Shown: positions 15,901 through 34,871 of the stretch, piece by piece | Numbering within the stretch: the first letter of the stretch is position 1 | How the letters are laid out: each line of letters opens with the position of its first letter | From: Octopus vulgaris | Taxonomy: Eukaryota | Length of the DNA: 64,000 nt | Direction: 5' to 3' | Assembly: GCA_951406725.2 (NCBI GenBank) | Contig: OX597819.1 | Span: 74,152,001-74,216,000, forward strand | Translations under genes and position numbers: made by a program | The notes under the pieces: model-generated | What the model saw: the letters and a program-made list of their open reading frames with translations, nothing else | The model's database searches: none | What the model was told of the DNA's origin: nothing

Positions 15901-18177
15901 ATGAATAACTGATTAGAAATACGAGGGAGTTTGAGAGAACGTGCTGTGATATGTAAGTGTGGGAATTTGATGTCGAATATATGATGTCGAATATACAATG
16001 AATACTTCTAGATAATGAATAGCATGATATCATAAACATTGATGTGGAACATTGCCGGATAATGAACATTGTACGATACTAAACAGAGTATCGTACAATC
16101 ACAATCACATTCTATGTGATGGCCTTCATGAAGCTGGAAGAAATCATCTTCCTTTATCTATTGTTTCAATTTAGTTTGCGAAAATTGCTCGCTTTCAATT
16201 CTGGCGGAAGTTGAAGCTTGTGCTAATATTTTACCTTCAATGTGTCAGGAGATTTAGGTTTACGGGAAGAGGAAAGCTTTTATGAATGAACTATTTTTAT
16301 CACAGTATATAGGTCACAGTCCAATTGCTAGTAGGTTACTTTCCCTTAACGGGAAAGAACTGAGCGGGGAATAGTGAGTTACAGTTTCATGTTACAAATC
16401 GTTGTTACTATCGCAGTCGACAAAGTCGTCGTCATTATCATTGTAACCATCATATATATCATCTCCATCATCATCTTCACTACAACCAACACCATCACAA
16501 CCGCCGCAACTACCAACACCACCACCACCACCACCACCACCAGAACGAAATAAAGAAACCAATCACTCAAACATCGTATAACTCCCTCCATCACAACTCA
16601 CATACGTTCAGAAATCAAGTGTCTAATATCCCAAAGAACGAATACAGAAACTATTGAAAATAATTTACAACCAACAATACCGACAGTCACAAATGGAGAA
16701 AGGTACTTAGGCGGAGGAGGAGGAGGAGGAGGAGGAGGAGGAAAAAGGGGAGGAGGTTGTGGTGGTGGTGGTGGAGGAGAAAAAGGAGGAAGAGGTAGAA
16801 GAGGAGGGAGGGGAGGCGAAACAGAAGAAACAGCATCAATATAAGAATATAGCACGAACAGAAACCTACGACTAGATTATAGAAATCCTTATTGCAGGCG
16901 ACCTAGTTCTCCGTCGGTTATGACGACGAGTTTTCCAGATGATACAATCAAACGAACAGAATGCTCATGAAATTAACGTGCAAGCGGCCGAGTACTCCAC
17001 AGACACGCGTACACTTAACGTAATTCTGAAAGAGGTTCAATATGATAAAGAATGTGATAAGGCTGACCCCTTCTGAATTGCAGGTACAACTCAACAGTTG
17101 TGACTCAGGAATGGCAAACATAGAGGCATTCACCAATGTGACTCTCTCAATCCTTTCTTCGAAGCACAAACGTAAAGGACTTGATCTTCAAAAGCCCAAC
17201 CATCAACACCATGCGTCAATCAAAAACCATCAAGTAATATCTAGCAAAGATTAATTCACTTATCCACCCCAACCCCGAATTTTCTGTAAAAACTTGTGGA
17301 GATAGCTGATGCGGAATATGAATTAGGCAAAGTTACAACCAGTTAGAAATATCCGAGGGATAAAGACGGATATTAATTGCGTGAAACAAGAAATCTCTTA
17401 TGTTACATAATCTGGTCAATCTTAAGGAAACTACATTGGTTAAACCGGAATCTCCTTGGATGAAAGAGTGAACATACACACACGTTATTCCGAGCGAAAG
17501 GAAATCCCACTTAGTGAAAATTAACTAATTTGTGATAACAAGTTTATTTTTATCCTGTTTGTCTTTGCTTAAGAGACGATCCAAAATATTTTTTAAAAAT
17601 TGAGAAGTATTTTCTAAAAATATATTCTCCAAAATTAACTTTGCTTAAAAAAACAATAATGAACAAAAGAAAATATGGAGAAATTAATTGATAAGTACAC
17701 ATATATTTCTAGGATGAATTCGCTAAGATGAGCTATAGAAGTCTAAAGAGCGAAATTTGTATGGAATCGTTGTTTATTTCCTCTTGCTGTCTTGACAACG
17801 CGTGGGGAGCAACATCCGAAGTTTACAGAGCTGATATTCTCTGACATGTAAAAATTGTTTGTCTTTAAGAAATATTTGTGAAATGGCACCAAAGATTATC
17901 ATGTTGTAAAGCCCGATGTGATGGGCTTTGCCCATTCTGAATAGAGTCGCACTATTTGGCGTAGGGTATACATTTTCAGAAGTAAGGCCGATTCGTTTTC
18001 CATTTGTTTTCTTTCTTCTCTCTTTCTCACTCCTACTAACGAGTTCGCTGTTAAAAGATATTTCTATTTTAATGTTGTACTTTTCTCATAGTAAATGCTT
18101 TCTCTCCCTCCCTCTTTCTCTCTCTCTCATACACACAGACACAGACACACACACACAAACACACACTCACACATACG

Positions 18178-18558
18178 GATGGAAGCACTCCGTCAGTTAC
18201 GACGACGAGGGTTCCGGTTGATCCGATCAACGGAACAGCCTGCCCGTGAAATTAACGTGTAAGTGGCTGAGCATTCCACAGACACGTGTACCCTTAACGT
18301 TGTTCTCGGGGATATTCAGCGTGACCCAGAGAGTGACAAGGCCGGCCCTTTCAAATACAGGTACAACAGAAACAGGAAGTAAGAGTGAGAGAAAGTTGTG
18401 GTGAAAGAGTACAGCAGGGATGACCGCCATCCCTGCCGGAGCCTCATGGAGCTTTAGGTGTTTTCGCTCACTAAACACTCACAACGCCCGGTCTGGGAAT
18501 GGAAACCGCGATCCTACGACCGCGAGTCCGCTGCCCTAACCACTGGGCCATTGCACCC
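18178..18558 (-). mobile_element. tRNA-derived SINE (octopus type), young insertion in a (CA)n tract
   Basis: The - strand head GGTGCAATGGCCCAGTGGTTAGGGCAGCGGACTCGCGGTCGTAGGATCGCGGTTTCCATTCCC has Pol III A-box and B-box-like motifs. Absent from the paralogous site at ~50-70. Confidence 0.85.
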
Positions 18559-18823
18559 CCACTCACACATACACACACACATACACATGCACACACGCAA
18601 ACTTATTAATATAATATATGCTTTTCCTCTTTGTCTTTTACTTACTTATTTTATTATTTCGCCATTAGCAGAACAAATCGACCCCAAGACTTATTCTTTG
18701 CAAATCAAATACGTTTTCTATCGGACTACTTTGCCGAACCGCTAGTGTACGGGGACGAAACCGCACCAGCATCGGGTCTCAAGCATTGCTGGGGGGGGCG
18801 ACACAAACATTCATACATACATA

Positions 18824-20105
18824 CACTGGCGAAAATAAATGCAAGACCGTTGTTAAAATTTCTATTTCTTATAAAATATTTTGTTACTAACACCATACAA
18901 ATTATCTTTATCTTTTACACCTTATGCAGAATTCATTTCTCTTTCGAATGATGCAGACAATAACTATTTTTATACAACTTGATGAATTCTAATGCTAAAT
19001 TAATATAACCGTTTCAAATTTACCGGCAAAATTAGTTTAAAACCATATCATTATAATTTTATTTAAAGCTTAAGATTGTAGCAAAAATGAGCAACAAGGA
19101 CGAAATACAGATTAGTACTTTGTGCCGTAGCCTTTATTCTTAATAACGGCTGAACAACGTCTCGGCATTGAATTCGCTAAGTGAAAACAAAATTGTATGG
19201 AAATATTTTGCCAATCGAATAATTGTTTTAGATTAGATGGTTTATTAGCATAGACATTTGGGAAACATAATTCCACAGGTTGTCGATCGGATTCAGGTCC
19301 GGGCTCTGGGGAAGCCATTTGACTCTTCACTCAAAGGGAACCTGCACCAATCTACGGCAGTTCATTGAGCATGGCTTTTTGCGAAATTAAGGCGTTTGAG
19401 TCGATTTCTTTCGGATATAATTAGCTTTTTCCTAGCGATTCGTCCATGTAGTCCAATTTCTCTCAAAAGGTTGCGGACGGTTTGGTAGTGCAAAAATAAC
19501 ACAATTCTCGATGGACAATTGTTTACAACTATCAACGGCTGTCGGTTGCCTTCCGGAAGGCGGTGGATTCGACGTTCCAACTGTGCCGTTGTTTTTTTTG
19601 GGGCACCAGTCTTTGACGATCTTTATATTGACCAGTCACCGAGTATAACTTCCACGCTTGAACGCAAGCCGTTTTACTGCACTTTACTTGCTTGCTGGTG
19701 TTCGAAAAGGAAACTTTTGCTGGTGAAGTACTACGATTTTTGCTCTCGTGACTGGACTGAGGTGACGTTGTTTCCCCCTTATTAATCAATTGTATAATAA
19801 CGTTAAATTATAACACTATATCGTCCAGTTAGGCTAGTTGTGTGACCACCCATTTTGGCAAAAAACTTTGCATACATATTACGTGGTCTTAAACTAATTT
19901 TGCCGGTAAATTTGAAACGATTCTCTGAATTTAGCATTAGAATTCTTCAAGTTGTATAAAAATAGTTATTGCCTGCATCATTCGAAAGAGAAATACATTC
20001 TGCATAAGGTGTAACAGATGAAAATGATTTGTATGGTGTTAGTAACAAAATATTTTGTAAGAAATAGAACTTTTATCATCGGTCTTAAATTAATTTTCGC
20101 CATTG
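18824..20105 (-). mobile_element. Tc1/mariner copy with an internal deletion of the catalytic domain
   Basis: TA-CACTGGCG ... CGCCATTG-TA termini, same TIRs as 247-1876. About 340 bp of the DDE region is missing near 19320. Confidence 0.9.
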
Positions 20106-20123
20106 TACATACATCTCTGTTTG

Positions 20124-20157
<34 letters not shown>

Positions 20158-20163
20158 TCTCTT

Positions 20164-20194
<31 letters not shown>

Positions 20195-20229
20195 TTCTCT
20201 CTCTCCTTCTCTCTCACTCTTTGTATATC

Positions 20230-20269
<40 letters not shown>

Positions 20270-20418
20270 CGACGTGTTTCTTTCTATTTCCATCTACCAA
20301 ATCCACTCACACGGGAGCCACATAGTGGGACGGAACCTGCAAGCGTGTAGATCGAAAGAAATCTTCTTACCACAGCCAGGCCAGAGCCTATATATACATA
20401 CATACATACATACATACA

Positions 20419-20496
<78 letters not shown>

Positions 20497-22020
20497 TGTG
20501 TGTAGCTAGGTTAGAAACTTGTTCTTTCTATATTGGCAAGAAATCTTGAAATAGACTGAATAATAATATACATAGATACGAGTAAAGCTGTGCGTCTCTG
20601 ACATGGCTGCACTCAGTGAAACACCACAGCAAGAAATGAGAACGAGACACGCAGCTCTCGTATTTCTGATCGCATCAAGACTATTATGTCACGGCTTGAT
20701 TGGAACGCTATGTTTCACAGGCACTACGCTCTAACCATGACCACCTCTGAGGAGAAAAAGGATGACTTTTCCAACTAACTTTCTGATGTCTTGAAGGAGA
20801 CATTTTCTTATAGAAAATATGAGATTCAATAACAGTGATCATTATTGATCTAATATTGACAAAAATATTGTGGTATTTCGATGAGCTTCAATGAGGAATG
20901 CACGAGTCCCGGGATATTTTCTCCTGCTGCATTTTCTCTAGTGAGGGCCGTAGGACATAATCTCGTCATAACATTGGAAGAACGAAAAAGAGAAGAAAGG
21001 TGTTTCTTGGTTTGTATCATCTTCGTATTTTCCTCTCAGTTGTTTTATTCAAAAGAGGAAACGATTCCCTCTGGCCCAGGTTCGATACAAGAATTGATAG
21101 TTTCCAACTTTGGCTATGGGCCAGCAGCCAATTTCGGGGTAGGTGTAATGGATTTCGACGACCCCATTACGTAAATGGTACTTATTTTATGAAGACGGGA
21201 AGAAAAAAATGTCCTACTGGTGAGATACATTGTAATATAATGTATATAAAATATATAATAAAGATAAAGAAATGACTGTAATATGAAATATAAAAAGAAA
21301 TTATTCATAAAATAAATCACATCTATTGATATCAAGAAATAATGGAACAAGTAGTAAATATAATATGGATGTCTGTAACGAAGTTGTAATCCACTCATTG
21401 AACAAAAATCAAAAACACAAACAACAGAATATAAAATAAAATATTAACACTTTAATGTTTCCATATAAAAATATAATTCTCATTTATATAATAAATAATA
21501 GAAATGATGTCGGCGTATATGTGTGTGTGTGTGTAAGTATGCAGGAAGTCTTGCTAGTATAATGCATAGGAATATGGTGTATATATTATAACGAAGATTA
21601 AAAATATAGGAAATGGAATCGGAAAATAAAAAAATTAAAAATGAATTAAATAACGTAGCTATAGTTATGTATATATGAATATATATATATAGATAAATAT
21701 AGGTATGTATATATGAAGAATATATATAGATTGATCCGTCACAGCCCCATTGGTTAATCCCAACAACATCGATGTAACACGATATTAAATAGAAATATTG
21801 ATTTCATAAAGGAGAAATATATATTGTTTACGATTATAAACGTGATAAGAAAATATAAGATAAAAATTAATGGAAATATTGGTATTTAACGATTAATATA
21901 ATCGTCGATATGATTATTAAGTGGTGAAGCTAAAACACTTCTACATAATTGAAACGATACACTTGTATCTGATTTTTCTCTAACTGAGATTGGTTACAGA
22001 AGTATTATAACAGGAATCAA

Positions 22021-24850
<2,830 letters not shown>

Positions 24851-25433
24851 TTTGTGTGAATTTTCGTTATGAAAAAGGTTTTGAGAGAACGTCCATGTTG
24901 TAGTTCCTTTGCTTGTTACAATTTATTGTGTTTAAGTGACGATGGAATATCGGCTTATATAGTGGTTTTGTGCAGTGATAGGTTTGGAAAATCCCATTCT
25001 ATGTGATGGCCTTCATGAAGCTGGAAGATATCATCTTCCTTTATCTACCGTTTAAATTTAGTTTTACGAAAATTGCTCGCTTTCATTTATCGCGGAAGTT
25101 GAAGCTTGTGTTAATATTTTACTTTCAGTGTGACAGAGATTTGGGTTTACGCGAAGAGGAATGCTTTTATGAATGAACTATTTTTATCACAGTATATAGG
25201 TCACAGTCCAATTGCTAGTAGGTTACTTTCGCTTAACGGGAGGTAATCGAGCGGGGAATAGTTATTTACAGTTTCATGTTTTACAAATCGTTGGTACTCT
25301 CGCCGTCGCCAACGTCGTCGTCGTCATTATCATTGTCATCATCATGTGTATCAGCTCCATCATCTTCACCACCAGCACATACATATATACATTCATACAT
25401 ATATAAATACATGCATGCATAGGAACACACACA

Positions 25434-25464
<31 letters not shown>

Positions 25465-25469
25465 GCACG

Positions 25470-25525
<56 letters not shown>

Positions 25526-28036
25526 AATGTAAGATCCAGGGATGGAGATTTAGTAAGACAGCTTCATGCAATTCTACGGTAGGCGACAAGGTTTTGCGAA
25601 TTTGCAAAAAGAATGCAAAATGGAGAAGGAAAATCCGGGATACATGTGTTTCATGGCGAGTGAAACTTCAGAAGTGGTAAAATCCAAGTGAGGTGTATAC
25701 TGCCACCTAATCATCATGCCAAGGATATCTTCATTAGATTAAAGGTTATAATTGTCGTGGATTGTCTCTGAAGCAAAGACAAACAGGAAAAAAAATTAAA
25801 CTTCTTAACGCAAATTAGTTAATTTTCACAAAGTAGGATTTCCTTTGCTCGGGAAAATGTGTGTGTATGTGGCCCCGTTCATACTCTCATGCAATACCTA
25901 ACAAAGGTGAAATTCATTTGAAAACACATCTGGAATTGTTTCTCCAAATGCTTGTGGAGATAGCTGATATGAAATACGAAGGAGAGAAAATAACAACCAC
26001 ATACAAACAGGCCCCGTGATAAAATGAAAAAGAAGCGATTCTTTAAGATATACATGGCGTTTATGTGCAGGCGTGTACATGGATCAGTGATATATAAATA
26101 CATACATACACACACAAACACACATACACACACATATACACACACAATTTCCATACTAATATGTGTAGAATTAATAAACGAGTAGCAAAACTTCAGAAAC
26201 AATTCATTGAGAGATAGAAGTGAAAATGTCAAAATTCCGTTTCACCTAATTTTCAATTAAAAAATAAGAAAAAGAGAAAGTAATATAAAAATATGTATTT
26301 GAGGCGGAATTTTTCAGTTTAGGGTCGTTTTCATCTCTCCTAAAGAAGTATTTCGAGACGGAGGTAAAAAAAATATTGTCTTTTGTTCAGTATTGTCTTT
26401 TAAAGACAAAGTTAATTTTGGAGAATTTATTTTTAAAAAAATACTTCTCAATTTTTAAAAAATATTTTGGATTGTCTGTTAAGCAAAGGTAAACAGGAAT
26501 GTAAAAATAAACTTGTCATCATAATTAGTTAATTTTCACTAAGTGGGATTTCCCTTTGGTCGGGATAAAGTGTGTGTATGTTCTCTCTATACTCAAGGAG
26601 ATTCAAGTTTAACCAATATAGTTTTCCTTACGACTAGGCCAGATTATGTAACATAAGAGATTTCTTGTTTCGCAATTAATATCCATCTTTATTCCTCGAA
26701 TATTCTAAATGGTTGTATGGGTACACTAATTCATCATTCCGCATCAGCTATACCTACTAGTTTTTACTGAAAATTGAGGGTTGGGGTGGGTAAGTGAATT
26801 CATCCTTGCTAGATATTTCTGTGAGGGTGTTTGAATTAATGCGTGGTGTTGATGGTTGGGCTTTTGAAGACCAAGTCCTTTACGTTTGTGCTTCGAAGAA
26901 AGGATTGAGAGAGTCACATTGGTGTATGTCACTATGTTTGCCATTCCTGAGTCATAACTGTTGAGTTGTACCTGCATTTCAGAAGGGGTCAGCCTTATCA
27001 CATTCTTTGTCATATTGAACTTCTTTCAGAATTACGTTAAGTGTACACGTGTCTGTGGAGTACTCAGCCGCTTGCACGTTAATTTCATGAAAACTCTGTT
27101 CGATTGATTGTATCATCTGGAACACACGTCGTAATAACCGACGGAGAATCAGGTCGCTTGCAACAAGGATTTCTATTATCTAGTCGAAGATTTCTGTTCT
27201 TGCCATATTCTTATATTGATGCTGTTTCTTCTGTTTCGTACCCCTTCCTCCTCTTCTTTCTCCTCCCCCTTCCTCGGCTTCTAAGCACATTTCTCCATTT
27301 GTGACTGTCGGTATTGCTGGTTGTAAATTATTTTCAATAGTTTCTGTATTCGTTTTTTGGGATATTAGACACTTGATTTCTGAATGTATCTGAGTTGTGC
27401 TTCAGGGAATTATACGATGTTTGAGTGATTGGTTTCTTTATTTCGTTCTGGCGGTGGTGATGGTGGTGATGGTGAGGGTGGTGGTGGTGGTGGTGGTAGT
27501 GGTGGTGGTAATCGTCGTCGTCGTGAAGATGATGGAGCTGATACACATGATGATGATAATGATAATGACGACGACGACGTTGGCGACGGCGATAGTAACA
27601 ACGATTTGTAACATGAAAGTGTAACTCACTATTTCCCGCTCGGTTACTTCCCGTTAAGCGAAAGTAACCTACTAGCAATTGGACTGTGACCTATATACTG
27701 TGATAAAAATAGTTCATTCATAAAAGCTTTCCTCTTCCCGTAAACCTAAATCTCTGTCACACTGAAAGTAAAATATTAGCACAAGCTTCAACTTCCGCCA
27801 GAAATGAAAGCGAGCAATTTTCGTAAACTAAATTTAAACAACAGATAAAGGAAGATGATATCTTCCAGCTTCATGAAGGCCATCACATAGAACGGGATTT
27901 TCCAAACCTATCACTGCTGAAACAACTATATAAGCCGATCTTCCATCGTCACTTAAACACAATAATTCGTAACAAGCAAAGGAACTACAAATTGACGTTC
28001 TCTTAAAACATTTTTCATAACGAAAATTCACACAAA

Positions 28037-29957
<1,921 letters not shown>

Positions 29958-30057
29958 NNNNNNNNNNNNNNNNNNNNNNNNNNNNNNNNNNNNNNNNNNN
30001 NNNNNNNNNNNNNNNNNNNNNNNNNNNNNNNNNNNNNNNNNNNNNNNNNNNNNNNNN
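29958..30057. other. Assembly gap (100 N)
   Basis: Run of N. Confidence 1.
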
Positions 30058-30556
30058 CACATATACGGGTGGAAAATTCGATGATTGTATGTGTTAACAA
30101 TTACTTCCTCATGACAATATAACCTTTAATCTATTCAAGATATCCTTCGACTGAATATTACCCGGCCGTATACACCTCATTTGGATTTACCACTTTTGAG
30201 GTTTCATTCGCCATGAAACACATGTAGCCCGAATTATTCTTTTCCATTCTGTAACTCTTATATTCTTTTCCGCAAACTCGACAAACCTTGTCGCCTACCG
30301 TAGAATATAAAAAGAACTTTTTTCTTCGTATAATTTTTCGATAAAAAAAAATATAAATAATCCCCAATCTTCCGCCTGAATACACCGAAATTTGTTCCGA
30401 AAGTTGTTTTTTCTTAATATTTACTACAAATTGCTTGAAATTAACTTCATACACCTCGATCCCTGGATCTTACATTTGTGTATGTGTGTGTATTCCTATA
30501 AATGTGTGTGCGTATGTATGTATATGTTTATGTACGTATGTAAATATGTGTTTATG

Positions 30557-30590
<34 letters not shown>

Positions 30591-30629
30591 TGTATGTATG
30601 TATGTATATAATGCCTACCTCATACTTAC

Positions 30630-30639
30630 AGTTATTCAT
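30630..30639 (-). CDS. G5: exon 1 of a further copy whose remaining exons fall in the gap
   Basis: ATGAATAACT|gtaagt on the - strand, with TATA ~30743-30749 and kB 30773-30782. Intron-1 sequence continues into the gap. Confidence 0.7.
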
Positions 30640-32872
30640 TTTGTGTAATTTTTCGTTATGAAAAATGTTTTGAGAGAACGTCAATTTGTAGTTCCTTTGC
30701 TTGTTACGAATTATTGTGTTTAAGTGACGATGGAAGATCGGCTTATATAGTTGTTTCAGCAGTGATAGGTTTGGAAAATCCCGTCTATATGATGTCCTTC
30801 ATGAACCTGGAAGATATCATCTTCCTTTATCTCTTGTTTAAATTTAGTTTTACGAAAATTGCTCGCTTTCATTTCTGGCGGAAGTTGAAGCTTGTGCCAA
30901 TATTTTTTTCAATGTGTCAGAGATTTAGGTTTACGGAAAGAGGGAAGCTTTTATGAATGAACTATTTTTATCACAGTATATAGGTCACAGTCCAATTGCT
31001 AGTAGGTTACTTTCGCTTAACGGGAAGTAACCGAGCGAGAAAAATAGTGAGTTACACTTTCATGTTACAAATCGTTGTTACTATCGCCGTCACCAACGTC
31101 GTCGTCGCCATTATCATTATCATCATCATGTGTATCAGCTCCATCATCTTCACGACGACGACGACGACAACCACCACTACCACCACCACCACCACCATCC
31201 TCACCATCACCACTGCCAGAACGAAATAAAGAAACCAATCACTCAAACATCGTATAATTCCCTGAAGCACAACTCAGATACATTCAGAAATCAAGTGTCT
31301 AATATCCCAAAAAACGAATTCAGAAACTATTGAAAATAATTTACAACCAGCAATACCGACAGTCACAAATGGAGAAATGTGCTTAGAAGGCGGGGAAGGG
31401 GGAGGAGAAAGAAGAGGAAGAAGGGGGTACGAAACAGAGCAAACATAGTGACATACACCAATGTGACTCTCTCAATCCTTTCTTCGAAGCACAAACGTAA
31501 AGGACTTGGTCTTCAAAAGCCCAACCATTAACACCATGCATTAATCAAAAACTCTCATGAAATATCTAACAAGGATGAATTCACTTACCCACCCAAACCC
31601 TGAATTTTCTGTAAAAACTTGTGGAGATAGCTGATGCGGAATACGAATTAGGCAAAGTTACAACCATTTTGAAATATCCGAGGGATAAAGACGGATATTA
31701 ATTGCGAAACAAGAAATCTCTTATGTTACATAATCTGACCTAGTCGTAAGGAAAACTATATTGGTTAAACCGGAATCTCCTTGAGTGATAGAGAGAACAT
31801 ACACACACTTTATCCCGACCAAAGGGAAATCCCACTTAGTGAAAATTAACTAATTTGCGATGACAAGTTTATTTTTTTCCTGTTTGTCTTTGCTTAAGAG
31901 ACAATCCAAAATATTTTTTAAAAATTGAGAAGTATTTTTTAAAAATAAATTCTCTAAAATTAACTTTGCTTTAAAAGACAATACTGAACAAAAGACAATA
32001 TTTTTTTTACCTCCGTCTCGAAATACTTCTTAAGGAGAGATGAAAACGACCCTAAAATGAAAAATTCCGCCTCACATACATATTTTTATATTACTTTCTC
32101 TTTTTCTTATTTTTTAATTGAAAATTAGGTGAAACGGAATTTTGACATTTTCACTTCTATCTCTCAATGAATTGTTTCTAGTTTTGCTACTCGTTTATTA
32201 ATTCTACACATATTAGTATGGAAATTGTGTGTGTATATGTGTGTGTATGTGTGTTTGTGTGTGTATGTATGTATTTATATATCACTGATCCAGGTACACG
32301 CCTGCACATAAACGCCATGTATATCTTAAAGAATCGCTTCTTTTTCATTTTATCACGGGGCCTGTTTGTATGTGGTTGTTATATTCTCTCTTCTATTTCA
32401 TATCAGCTATCTCCACAAGCATTTGGAGAAACAATTCCAGATGTGTTTTCAAATGAATTTCACCTTTGTTAGATATTGCATGAGAGCATGAACGGGGCCA
32501 CATACACACACATTTTCCCGAGCAAAGGGAAATCCTACTTTGTGAAAATTAGCTAATTTGCGTTAAGAAGTTTAATTTTTCTTCCTGTTTGTCTTTGCTT
32601 AAGAGACAATCCACGACAATTATAACCTTTAATCTAATGAAAATATCCTTGGCCTGATGATTAGGTGGCAGTATACACCTCACTTGGATTTTACCACTTC
32701 TGAAGTTTCACTCGCCATGAAACACATGTATCCCGGGTTTTCCTTCTCCATTCTGCATTCTTTTTGCAAATTCGCAAAACCTTGTCGCCTACCGTAGAAT
32801 TGCATGAAGCTGTCTTACTAAATCTTCATCCGTGGATCTTACATTAATATGTGTGTGTGTGTGTGTATGTGT

Positions 32873-32937
<65 letters not shown>

Positions 32938-33505
32938 CCTATGCATTCATGTATTTATATATGTATGAATGTATATATGTATGTGCTGGTGGTGAAGATG
33001 ATGGAGCTCATACATATGATGATGATAATTATAATGACGACGACGACTTTGGCGACGGCGATAGTAACAACGATTTGTAACATGAAACTGTAACTCACTA
33101 TTCGCCGCTCGATTACCTCCCGTTAAGCGAAAGTAACCTACTAGCAATTGGACTGTGACCTATATACTGTGATAAAAATAGTTCATTCATAAAAGCATTC
33201 CTCTTCGCGTAAACCTAAATCTCTGTCACACTGAAAGTAAAATATTAACACAACCTTCAACTTCCGCGAGAAATGAAAGCGAGCAGTTTTCGTAAACTAA
33301 ATTTAAACGGTAGATAAAGGAAGATGATATCTTCCAGCTTCATGAAGGCCATCACATAGAATGGGATTTTCCAAACCTATCACTTCAAAAACAACTATAT
33401 AAGCCGATATTCCATCGTCACTTAAACACAATAAATTGTAACAAGCAAAGGAACTACAACATGACGTTCTCTCAAAACCTTTTTCATAACGAAAATTCAC
33501 ACAAA

Positions 33506-33524
33506 ATGAATAACTGTAAGTATG

Positions 33525-33619
<95 letters not shown>

Positions 33620-33681
33620 AATCCAATTCATCCATTTATCTCTCTATATATATATATATATCTCTCTAACTCTCTCTCTAT

Positions 33682-33763
<82 letters not shown>

Positions 33764-34013
33764 ATCAATTCATCCATTTATCTCTATCGCTCTCTCTCAC
33801 TCTCTATCTATCTTTTTTTTTTCTTTTTATTCTTTTAATTTTTTATTTTATTTATTTATTTATTTTTTCTTTTCTTCCCTTTTACGATCCCTCTTGATCA
33901 AAAACCTACGCCACCCCCTTTTTATTCTTTTTTTTTTGTTTTCTTCATCCCCAAAAGCTCTACCTTGTAACTTGTCCCATCTGTGTGCAGCCCTGTGTGG
34001 CCAATAAAGAAAC

Positions 34014-34103
<90 letters not shown>

Positions 34104-34783
34104 ATCTATATAAGTGGTTTTAAATAGCCCCGTCTTTCCTGTGATATATCAAATATCGCAACTTTCCCTAAAGTGAATATTTCTATTTTTATTACTGTTG
34201 AATACAAGCATCACAGTGCAGTGCATTGTTTTTATTTCTATTATTTAATTAACGCACTCAATTCCTATGGTAGAACAAAACACAACAAAACACTTAAAAC
34301 GTGGCCTTCTTCCACTCAGCCAAGTATCTATTCACTTCTCTTTAACACACTACACAAGAACTTATGGTTTATATTTAGTGGAACTATGTTAAATATTTGT
34401 GAATATCATTTATTGAGTTCCAAAATGTTCAGCTCATTGTTTACTACACGTGAAAAACTAAGAGCGACTTATCGAGTTATTTCTTTTTAATAATAACAAT
34501 TCCTTTAACGTCTCCCTGTCCTTCTAAATGTTCCTTAATGGTATTTTTTTTCTATTTTCCCGTAGACTGGCAATATATATTGGTCCTATGTATCTCAGTT
34601 TGGACTTCATTCATCCATGGAGCATCGATAAAACCTACAGCGATACCAATAAATAACATAAAAACTCAGCTGGACGTGGCTCGCAGGGCCTCAATAGCCG
34701 TGAACACTACTTTGCATTCTTTTGTAAGTTTACATTTATTTCTTCATATATTATTTTTATTATTATTGTTATTCTTGATATTG

Positions 34784-34871
<88 letters not shown>

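Noticed and set aside
18490-18558. tRNA gene
   Set aside because: It is the tRNA-derived head of a SINE, continuous with the SINE body and lacking a full cloverleaf.
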